A stretch of 43,958 nucleotides of DNA from Clostridia bacterium (lineage in GTDB: Bacteria > Bacillota > Clostridia > Christensenellales > UBA1242). A model generated the notes under the pieces. That model was not told the DNA's origin and ran no database searches. It saw only the letters and a program-made list of their open reading frames with translations. This document shows, in pieces, positions 17,563 to 25,600 of this stretch; within the stretch, counting starts at the first letter, position 1; the number at the start of each line of letters is the position of its first letter. Position numbers and translations under genes: made by a program. The stretch spans positions 1 to 43,958 of the forward strand of contig JBKSNA010000033.1 in NCBI GenBank assembly GCA_046882085.1. The letters run 5' to 3'.

Positions 17563-19809
17563 ATGATTAAGACTGTTTTTAATAAACTTTCACTGGCATT
17601 ATATTTTATCGTAAGTGCACTTATTGTTGAAGTGATTACTTTTTATTTATTGGATTTTGGTTTTATGCCAGAGTATTTTTGGTACAATTTGGCTATTATT
17701 AGCATTATCTCGTTATTGATATATGCTATTCCTAATTATACAGCTCAGTACATTACATATTTAGTAGTGATTTTGATACAGATTATACTGACTTATGTTA
17801 ATTATTCTTTATTAGTTATATATGGAGATTTGTTCTCTATAGATATGCTGATGTTGGGTGGTGAGGCCATGGCTGCCATTACTACTAATTTTATATATTT
17901 TGCAGTAATTGGTCAATTAGTAGCAGTGTTTTTGGCTATTGCTATTATCGGATACTTTATACTAAAATCTGCGAATAGAGATAAAGTGAAAGTAAAACAA
18001 CATTTTACTATTTATAATATCGTTATTATTTTAGTGGTGCAATTATTCTCAATCGGCTGTTGTGTAGACAGTAGAAATAATATTAATTCTTCTGCAAGTA
18101 ATGATCCTATGGCGTTCGTTCATAGCGATGCATTCTTGATGAATACTGCTTATATCAAAGAGAATAGTTATCAGAAATTCGGAACATATGGTTATTTTAC
18201 CAATCTCATCATGAGTAATACTAACAATTACAATTCAGCACATAAATCTAAAACTATTGAGTATTTTAATTCAGGGAATATTTACGATGGTACTTATAAT
18301 GTGAATGGTGAACAGATTTCTAATGGAATGTTCGGTAGAGCTAATGGTCAAAATGTAGTCGTGATTATGATGGAATCTCTTGAGTGGTTTGCATTTGGAG
18401 ATGGTAAGTATGATTACTCGCTTGAGAACCTATCGGACGAATTAACACCTAATATTTATAACTTAATACATAGTGATTCTTCTATGATTTCGTCTAATTT
18501 TTATTCAAAATCTAAGACAAATTATTCAGAAGCATTTGCTGTATTAGGTTTATACCCTGTAGGTCAATCTTTGTCAGATGTGTTAGGATTTGGTTATGAT
18601 AATGATACTAATGCATTCGGATATTCTATGCCGAGTGTTATGAGAGATGAAGGATATACCACTTCTTATATTCATTCTAACGAATTAGGTTTTTATCGTC
18701 GTAGAAATACACATAAGTATCTAGGATTTGATAATGTTTTAGGAAAAGATACTGTAAAAGATGGCAATGGAAATAAAGTGTATAAAGGTAGCGATCTATG
18801 GTGGGATCATTGGGACGCAGAAGGTGATTTCGCTAGAAATGCAATGTATACATTAGTACCAGAGAATTATAAAGAGAAGAATTTCTATTCATTCTATCTC
18901 AATGTGTCATCTCATGGACCGTATGTGTATGATAAGAACGATGGAGATTGCTTGCGTTATCGTGATTATGTCATGTATGGCGAAGATGATTGTGAGTGGA
19001 ATAGTGAAAAATCTATTTGGGAACTAAAAGATACCTCTTCTTGTACTTATGATAAGAAAAATAAGATCTGGCGAAAAAATAATAATTCAGATCTTACTTA
19101 TACAGAATGGTATCAAAATATAGTAGATAAATTTGGAGAGAGCGATCCAGTGTTGTGCAACGAAATGATCTTCTATCAGTGTGGAGTAATGGGATTAGAT
19201 GAAGCGATAGGTGCTATAATTAAGCAATTAAAAGATTATAAATATGACGATGGTACTAGCGTATATGATAATACCACTTTATTGTTGTACTCAGATCATT
19301 ATGCATACTATAATGGATTGACTAATAGATACAAGGGATTTGATTCTAGCGATGTAACAAGTGTGGAGTTAAATACTGTTCCTATGATTATTCATAGTAG
19401 TGCGATCAAGGAATATGCTGATGAGTATTACCCTAATAGGGCTAAAGAATATTTAATAAATGATAGATTTAGTTCTGCGTATGATATTATACCTACATTA
19501 TTAGATATTTTAGGTATTAAGTACAATGAAAATCTATATTTAGGACATTCATTGTTTAGACCTGCTGATAGTTATTATACTATTGGAGAAGAGAATCGAG
19601 ATATGACAGTATATTACTCTAATACAGGCGGAATATACTCAGAACACATGTATTCATACAATCTTCGAGATTTCTATACTACTAGTGATGAATTGGGTGC
19701 AGATACTCAAGACATCTTCATGAACGAAGTATCAAAAGTATTGGTTAAATTAAACTATTTGGGAATACTAAATAATTATCATTTATACAATCAACTCACT
19801 AATGTATAA
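17563..19809 (+). CDS. LtaS-family (sulfatase-fold) phosphoglycerol/lipoteichoic-acid transferase
   Basis: Five N-terminal TM helices, then an extracellular sulfatase domain starting NVVVIMMESLEWFAF. Start moved to ATG 17563, because the track's extension covers the promoter. Confidence 0.75.
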   Translation: MIKTVFNKLSLALYFIVSALIVEVITFYLLDFGFMPEYFWYNLAIISIISLLIYAIPNYTAQYITYLVVILIQIILTYVNYSLLVIYGDLFSIDMLMLGGEAMAAITTNFIYFAVIGQLVAVFLAIAIIGYFILKSANRDKVKVKQHFTIYNIVIILVVQLFSIGCCVDSRNNINSSASNDPMAFVHSDAFLMNTAYIKENSYQKFGTYGYFTNLIMSNTNNYNSAHKSKTIEYFNSGNIYDGTYNVNGEQISNGMFGRANGQNVVVIMMESLEWFAFGDGKYDYSLENLSDELTPNIYNLIHSDSSMISSNFYSKSKTNYSEAFAVLGLYPVGQSLSDVLGFGYDNDTNAFGYSMPSVMRDEGYTTSYIHSNELGFYRRRNTHKYLGFDNVLGKDTVKDGNGNKVYKGSDLWWDHWDAEGDFARNAMYTLVPENYKEKNFYSFYLNVSSHGPYVYDKNDGDCLRYRDYVMYGEDDCEWNSEKSIWELKDTSSCTYDKKNKIWRKNNNSDLTYTEWYQNIVDKFGESDPVLCNEMIFYQCGVMGLDEAIGAIIKQLKDYKYDDGTSVYDNTTLLLYSDHYAYYNGLTNRYKGFDSSDVTSVELNTVPMIIHSSAIKEYADEYYPNRAKEYLINDRFSSAYDIIPTLLDILGIKYNENLYLGHSLFRPADSYYTIGEENRDMTVYYSNTGGIYSEHMYSYNLRDFYTTSDELGADTQDIFMNEVSKVLVKLNYLGILNNYHLYNQLTNV

Positions 19810-19816
19810 TATGTAT

Positions 19817-19845
19817 AAGGTAGTCTTAATTGACTACCTTTTTTA
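19817..19845 (+). terminator. rho-independent terminator
   Basis: AAGGTAGTC / GACTACCTT stem with a T-run. Confidence 0.75.
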
Positions 19846-20112
19846 CTACCAACACCAATGTCTAAATAATGGGCAACAACAACGATTTCTAGTAGTTTCT
19901 TTTCGGTCTTCTTGACGATCTGTATTCTTGTTACAGGTACAGTCTTTTTTGTGTGGACAACTGTGCTTTTCTTCACATTTATCATCTTCTTTTTCTTCAG
20001 TGTAGTAGCTAGGATAACAGCAATATTCTGTTACACGAATACAGCATTTTTCCTTTTCGCGAGATGGATATTTCTTATCATCGCAGTTGTCGTCATATCT
20101 ATTGTAATACAT
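19846..20112 (-). CDS. small highly charged cysteine-rich protein (88 aa, 13 Cys)
   Basis: RBS AAAGGAG 7 nt before ATG (CAT 20110-20112). Sequence MYYNRYDDNCDDKKYPSREKEKCCIRVTEYCCYPSYY...NRCCCPLFRHWCW. No family recognised. Confidence 0.5.
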   Translation of the reverse strand: MYYNRYDDNCDDKKYPSREKEKCCIRVTEYCCYPSYYTEEKEDDKCEEKHSCPHKKDCTCNKNTDRQEDRKETTRNRCCCPLFRHWCW

Positions 20113-20176
20113 TTTCTTCTCCTTTTTGAACACTAGGTGTTCTATGACATAGTATTCTAAGAAATGAATAGATGTG

Positions 20177-20211
20177 AAAAAAAACAATACGCGTTGGTAT
20201 TGTTTTTATTT
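20177..20211. terminator. bidirectional hairpin terminator
   Basis: A8, then ACAATAC/GTATTGT stem, then TTTTATTTT. It ends the minus-strand gene 20252-21421. Confidence 0.6.
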
Positions 20212-20251
20212 TGCGAATATAACAAAGCGAGATTTATGTTGCTTAATTAAT

Positions 20252-21421
20252 TTATTTAGTGTTAGGTTGCTTGTCCATAGTAGCGACAGTGAAGGCTCCA
20301 TTGGCTACTTTGTCTAATATTTTATTAATATCTGTGATAGTTAGTTTGAATTGGTATGTAAATTCTTTATTACCATCATAGAAATAGAATGTCTTATCGA
20401 AATCATGGAAATATCTACCATGACAAAGGGCATTCCTAAAGTGTCGAACATTTTCTTTAGTGAGACCTGCTATACAACCATTAAGAGTATTATAGAGTTC
20501 GTCATTAGATTGAGATGATGCCAATGTGAATAATAAATTCGATATTAGCGAGAAATAAAAATTCAGAGATCCTAATTTTGTTTTGAGTTTAGGGAATTTT
20601 TCTACTATTTGATCCCATGTACTATTTGATCCTATTGCCATTAATATCTTGAGAGTATCTACTTTTTCATTGAAATTTTCGTTGGCGCAGTCAGGGAATC
20701 TAATGGCGACATCTAGATCAGCATCGCTCTCAAATTGCTTTCGATTTTCTTTCACGTAATAGAAATAATTATAAGCGCGAGATATTTGATTATTATCTAA
20801 ATCTCTTAGAGTATTATCATCATTGCATAGTCGCATATTGTCTCTAATATCGCTTCGGTATTCAATTTGACGGATTGGTGTAATATTCATTTTGCCATGA
20901 GGAGTGCTTCGTAGGACATTAGATGTTAGGATCTCGATTAATTCAATCAATTCTCTGCCATTAAGTTTGACAATATAGTCTGAGCCTTTCACTTTGCCGA
21001 GATTTAGTTCAAATGAAGTTAGGTCAAATACGAAATTTGGATTAGTTTCGCTATTATGAACAATGCTTTCTCGGATACGCTTGTATAGTTCTTTGTTATT
21101 GAAAGGAAAATTTTCACCAGTTTTTGTCATTTCTTTTTTTATTAAGGTAAATAATGCTTTTTGTTTTACTAGCCCTTCGTCAAATCGAGTAGGATCAGAT
21201 GCCCACAACTGATTGATTAGAGTGAAGAGTTCTTTAGTAACATTGATACATACTTCTTGAAGGCAAGTGTCGGTAACAAGTTTAAGATGATCCCTAGTAT
21301 ATTCACGCATTATTTTTCGTAGTTCTCTATCTGGCTTTTCTACCATTTTTCTTGCTGCTGCTAGAAATATATTGTGTAAAACTAAACTTTCGGTTAATGT
21401 TCTTTGATAATTATTATTCAT
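20252..21421 (-). CDS. orphan protein with two Rx4H (HEPN-type) motifs
   Basis: RESIVH at nt 21056-21073 and RNALCH at nt 20420-20437. The two halves show a similar motif-strand-helix pattern. Start set at ATG 21421, because the track's TTG 21439 lies inside the promoter. Confidence 0.7.
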   Translation of the reverse strand: MNNNYQRTLTESLVLHNIFLAAARKMVEKPDRELRKIMREYTRDHLKLVTDTCLQEVCINVTKELFTLINQLWASDPTRFDEGLVKQKALFTLIKKEMTKTGENFPFNNKELYKRIRESIVHNSETNPNFVFDLTSFELNLGKVKGSDYIVKLNGRELIELIEILTSNVLRSTPHGKMNITPIRQIEYRSDIRDNMRLCNDDNTLRDLDNNQISRAYNYFYYVKENRKQFESDADLDVAIRFPDCANENFNEKVDTLKILMAIGSNSTWDQIVEKFPKLKTKLGSLNFYFSLISNLLFTLASSQSNDELYNTLNGCIAGLTKENVRHFRNALCHGRYFHDFDKTFYFYDGNKEFTYQFKLTITDINKILDKVANGAFTVATMDKQPNTK

Positions 21422-21427
21422 ATCTAA

Positions 21428-21456
21428 ATAATAGCACAAAACATATCGATAATCAA
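21428..21456 (-). promoter_or_regulatory. promoter placed for a leaderless transcript of the two-HEPN-motif gene
   Basis: Minus strand: TTGATT (21456-21451), 17-nt spacer ending in TGc, TATTAT (21433-21428), then 6 nt to ATG 21421. Confidence 0.5.
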
Positions 21457-21481
21457 TATTAAATACGAAATTTTCTAAAAC

Positions 21482-21510
21482 AAAAAAGACTTAGGTTTGA
21501 TCCTAAGTCT
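21482..21510 (-). terminator. rho-independent terminator downstream of the displaced tRNA-Asn 3' fragment
   Basis: AGACTTAGG/CCTAAGTCT stem, followed by T6 on the minus strand. Confidence 0.7.
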
Positions 21511-21512
21511 AT

Positions 21513-21534
21513 TTGGCGCCCCGAGCGGGTTCCG
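21513..21534 (-). repeat. displaced copy of the tRNA-Asn 3' end (att-like direct repeat)
   Basis: TTGGCGCCCCGAG at 21513-21525 is identical to 22405-22417 (acceptor 3' strand plus CCA of tRNA-Asn). Partial similarity continues for about 8 more nt and then is lost. Confidence 0.7.
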
Positions 21535-21695
21535 TTTTTTATCAGCCTCACCCCGTGTCAATCATTATTTTAAGTGAAATTCACTCACAAATTTCCCACT
21601 TTCAAACTCATTAAAACGTTAATTTTTGATATTTTGGAAATTGTTGCAAATTTGTTAAATCAAATCTTAAACATTTAATCTTTATTGTTTTTTGT

Positions 21696-22172
21696 TTAAA
21701 AATTATTTATAATGGTTACTTCTTCATCGGTAGACGGAACTTCAAATAACTTTTTATTTTTATCAAAGTTTTCCAAATGAATTTTAACCCATTCAGGAGG
21801 TCTGTCTGCAATTATTCTTTGCTTAAGAATTTCATCTGGAACATACAAATAGTAGTGTTTATAGTTTGCATTACATTCTTGTGCTACTTGTTTTGCAAAA
21901 TCTCTATCTTTTTTAATCCAAAATCCCATATTCAATATAACATCGATACCATTATTTAAATATTCTTTTGTTTTCGTCCAAAGTTGAGTTACTGTTGCAT
22001 CAAAACATTTATTCCAATCTGTCATATATTCATCTTTATTATATAGTTTAGTTACCCATTCATCAGGATTTAAGTGTATAGCACCCCTTTCTTTAGAAAA
22101 CTTTTTTGAAAAAGTGCTTTTCCCAGCTCCTATAAATCCTTGAATAAGATATAAAGTTGCTTTTTTGTTCAT
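21696..22172 (-). CDS. P-loop kinase, AAA_33 / polynucleotide-kinase-like family
   Basis: Walker A in LIQGFIGAGKST. 158 aa. RBS AAGGAGA. Extended -10 TGaTATAAT upstream. Confidence 0.7.
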   Translation of the reverse strand: MNKKATLYLIQGFIGAGKSTFSKKFSKERGAIHLNPDEWVTKLYNKDEYMTDWNKCFDATVTQLWTKTKEYLNNGIDVILNMGFWIKKDRDFAKQVAQECNANYKHYYLYVPDEILKQRIIADRPPEWVKIHLENFDKNKKLFEVPSTDEEVTIINNF

Positions 22173-22370
22173 ATTTTCTCCTTAATAATTTTTATTATTA
22201 TATCACAAAAACTATAAACATCAAATCTCTTGAAATTAATTTGTTTAATTGTTCCATTGTATAAAGCTTTCTTTTATCTGTCATATTGTACTCTTTTATT
22301 ATTTAAAGGTAGCACAAATATTATAGAAAATCAATTCCTGCATTAAAAAATTCTCACTTTTTGTGAAAAT

Positions 22371-22400
22371 GAAAAAGGACTTTAGATTAATCTAAAGTCC
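22371..22400 (-). terminator. rho-independent terminator of tRNA-Asn
   Basis: GGACTTTAGA/TCTAAAGTCC stem, followed by a T-run on the minus strand. Confidence 0.75.
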
Positions 22401-22405
22401 TTAAT

Positions 22406-22480
22406 TGGCGCCCCGAGTAGGGCTCGAACCTACAACCTATCGGTTAACAGCCGAGTGCTCCACCATTGAGCTATCGAGGC
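22406..22480 (-). tRNA. tRNA-Asn (GUU), CCA encoded
   Basis: Reverse complement GCCTCGATAGCTCAATGGTGGAGCACTCGGCTGTTAACCGATAGGTTGTAGGTTCGAGCCCTACTCGGGGCGCCA. It folds by hand into a 75-nt cloverleaf with anticodon loop CTGTTAA. Confidence 0.9.
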
Positions 22481-22594
22481 ATATGCTGAAAACAAGTCTA
22501 TTATACTATATGATTTTTGCTTTGTCAACGCTTTTTTATTAAATTTATGAAAAATTTTTAAGATTTATCTAGAATAGAAATTTATTCAAAACTA

Positions 22595-22623
22595 TTGAGT
22601 TTTTAATAATTATATGCTATAAT
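22595..22623 (+). promoter_or_regulatory. promoter of the 1856-aa protein gene
   Basis: TTGAGT 22595-22600, 17-nt spacer, TATAAT 22618-22623. RBS GAAGGAGG before ATG 22646. Confidence 0.6.
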
Positions 22624-22645
22624 TATTTAAATTGAAGGAGGCTGT

Positions 22646-25600
22646 ATGGCTACAAGAATTGCAATAGAACCTACAAAGATAACAAATATGTCATTTAGAA
22701 GATATGACAAGACTCAAAATATTTCTTTTGAGGATTTGTTTGTACAAAAAACTGATGGGGAATTGATTTATCTAAACGATCTCCAGACTGGTGATACTGC
22801 AGACACTAAGATTAAAACTATTGATGAATTTTTTAAGAATTTTAATAAGTTGCAATATGGTGGCACTAAGCTTGTTGACATGGGGATTAAAATAGAAGAT
22901 TTATTTTATCGTACTATGGTGCATACAGATATTTCATCTAATCATACTAGTATATCCAGCTTGTCATTAACTAATGGAGCTAGTCGTACCTATAGTTTGG
23001 CACATAAAAGTGAATTAGCACCTGGCGAGAGAAGATTTGGCAATGATGTTGTATTCATTGGTAGACTCAGAGGTTATGCTCAAGATACTATTATGGAAGC
23101 TGGCGATATTTATTATATCCACCCATTGACTAAGGCGAGAATTAATTTAATCGAATTAGAGAATGTATTGAAGCCTAGTTTTAAGAATTTCACTCATGCG
23201 GTCTATATGTATGAAGACAAAGATGGTGTAAGTAGAGAAATAGAAGCCATTGATCTACGCAATGCATATACTTGTAAGTTGACTACCTATGAAGCTAAAA
23301 AAGAAAATGGAATGATTGAAACTCATACTTTTGATAAAGATGGTAATGATATTGTAGTGGGTACTAGATTTACTAATCCTAACTTTGTAGAGAAGAAAGC
23401 AATAGCAGACGATGATAAAGGTACTACGCTTATCCAAAATAAATTATTCAAGCGTAGCGCTAATGGTGAATTTGTTGGTGTGAGAGTAAAAGGTCAAGAA
23501 CATTTGATAAAAGTGAACATAACCGACTTATACTTTAAAAATGGTAATCAGATTATATCTGAGGGAACAGAGTTGTCCGCGGAAGAATTTGATACGATCA
23601 AAGGCTTAGAACTTCAAGTAAAATCAGAAGATGGTAAAATGCTCGACATCGAGCCTCTCACAATAGACAATGAAAGATATACTACCGAGAGAGTGTTGGC
23701 ATTATCACATAGTGCGGAAGATGTCATGGCGGATAATGCATATTTGAAGTTACAAAATGGTGAGATGTTCCGCGAATCAGCTGAGAATCTTCAGCCTAAG
23801 TCATATAATATCATTGCTGACACAGCAGATGCAGATGCATATTTGGTAAGATTAACGAATGGACAATTCAGAATAATAGATAAGGCATATTTTGAGAAAC
23901 AAAGATTAGCTAATAATGTATCTTTCAATCTAGATGGCGCAGTTGTTCGTATTAGTAGCGTGCATAAGTTGGGACGTACCACTGCTGCTAACGCGGAATT
24001 ATATCAAACATCGAATGCATTCGGATCTAAAGTACATGCTTGTAGAGTGATTAAGAAAGTTAGAGAATTAGGCGAAATGGCCGAATCATTTGATGCTGAG
24101 CAAGAGCAAACTGAGGGTAGAGAAGATTTCTTAGCAAGTTATAAGGCTGGCAATTATGTCTTAGATAAAGTTGAAATTTTAGATAAAGATAGCAATGTAA
24201 AACTTCAAGATGTCGTAACAAATAAAGAAGAAAAAGGTGAAAGATATATCTATACCGATACTTTTGAGACAGAAGACAATAGTCAAAAGACAGGATATTA
24301 TGCGACTTTAGATAACAAACCAGTAGAAATACAGGTAAAAGATGGCAAAATTAGTTATGCCAAGGGTGGCCCTAAGTATAATATCGGTAAAGCGATGGCA
24401 AGAGATTATAAAGTGTTAGGAACAGCGGCACTTTATTCATTGGGAATTTTCTCTACAGGTGGTCTAGCATTAGCAATAGCTGTTCCTGGTCTAGTAATCG
24501 CGGGTGGTGCCGCGATGGCTTTGGCTGCTCCTGGTATATTGATAGGGGAAACTGCTCGTGGTATAGTGAATCGTATCTCTAATGCTGTAAAGAAAAGTGC
24601 ATGGCATACAAATGTGGATCTAAAGAAATTAGATAAGAATCAAGATATTAACAACCAAACTAAGAAAGAAGTCGAAGTTGGTTTAAAACATATTAGAACT
24701 CAAACTGAACAAAAATTAGCAGAGATAGAGAATAATGCTACCTTATCAGATGATGCTAAGCAAGAAGCTAAAGAAGAATTAATGCAAAAATTAAATCTAG
24801 AGTGTGGGCTTCTTCAACAAAAAATTGCGACTATGTCTGGCTCTACTATTGAAGGCAGTGGCTTCACTATTACAGATGGTAAAGGTAATGTATCTTCATA
24901 TAATGCATATCAATGTCTAATGTTCCAAGATGCATTTAATAAGAAAGTGGATCAAAGAAAAGAAATCGATAAAAGTATCAAAGGTCTACATGAGCGTCTA
25001 ACTAAGGGGAAAACTTTACGTCGTGGACAATCTAAAACTTTAGATAAAATGATCGCTAAGTATTTCCCAGAAGATGAATTTGCTAATGACTTAGACAAAG
25101 TCGAGGCATTACAAAATAGAAGTATAGCTATCAATACTGAACTAGAGGGAATGCAGCAAAGCTTCACTAGTGGAAGATATCAAGCACCTCCAGATGCTAG
25201 ACACGCTGAGCTTTTAGATAGATCTAGAAATATGCAGGCGTATTTGATCGCTAAGATACAAGGTGTATATTTAGAAGATGGTATCAAAGTTGATGACTTT
25301 ATGTCTAGCACATTAGATCAAGCTACTCTTCAACATCATATGGATATTATTGAAGGAATCAAAAATGATATCGGTGAATTTAATTTAGAAGATGTATTAG
25401 CAATGACTCCAGCGAATGCGGAAGAATCTTCTAGAAAAGAAGCAGAAATAGAAACCGGTGCAGGTTTAGGCGCTAACACAGATCTTGAAACTAAGATAAA
25501 ACCAATAATAAATTTAGATGACGAAGAAAAGAAAGAAGATGAAAGTTCGAGTATTCTACAGATAGAAGACATAGAAGATATTAAGTCTGTATTTATGGGA

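Larger units (their letters stand above)
21535..22405 (-). mobile_element. remnant islet between tRNA-Asn and its displaced 3' copy (no integrase left)
   Basis: Bounded by the 13-nt perfect direct repeat. Its only clear cargo is the P-loop kinase gene. Confidence 0.45.

Noticed and set aside
20252-21439. Cas13-like CRISPR effector, considered because of the two HEPN-type motifs.
   Set aside because: The protein is far too small. The window holds no CRISPR repeat array and no cas genes.
22198-22284. 28-codon minus-strand ORF (MTDKRKLYTMEQLNKLISRDLMFIVFVI) upstream of the P-loop kinase, considered as a possible antitoxin.
   Set aside because: It has a weak RBS and no recognisable fold or motif. 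It may be a remnant of the eroded element, and I cannot support it as a gene.
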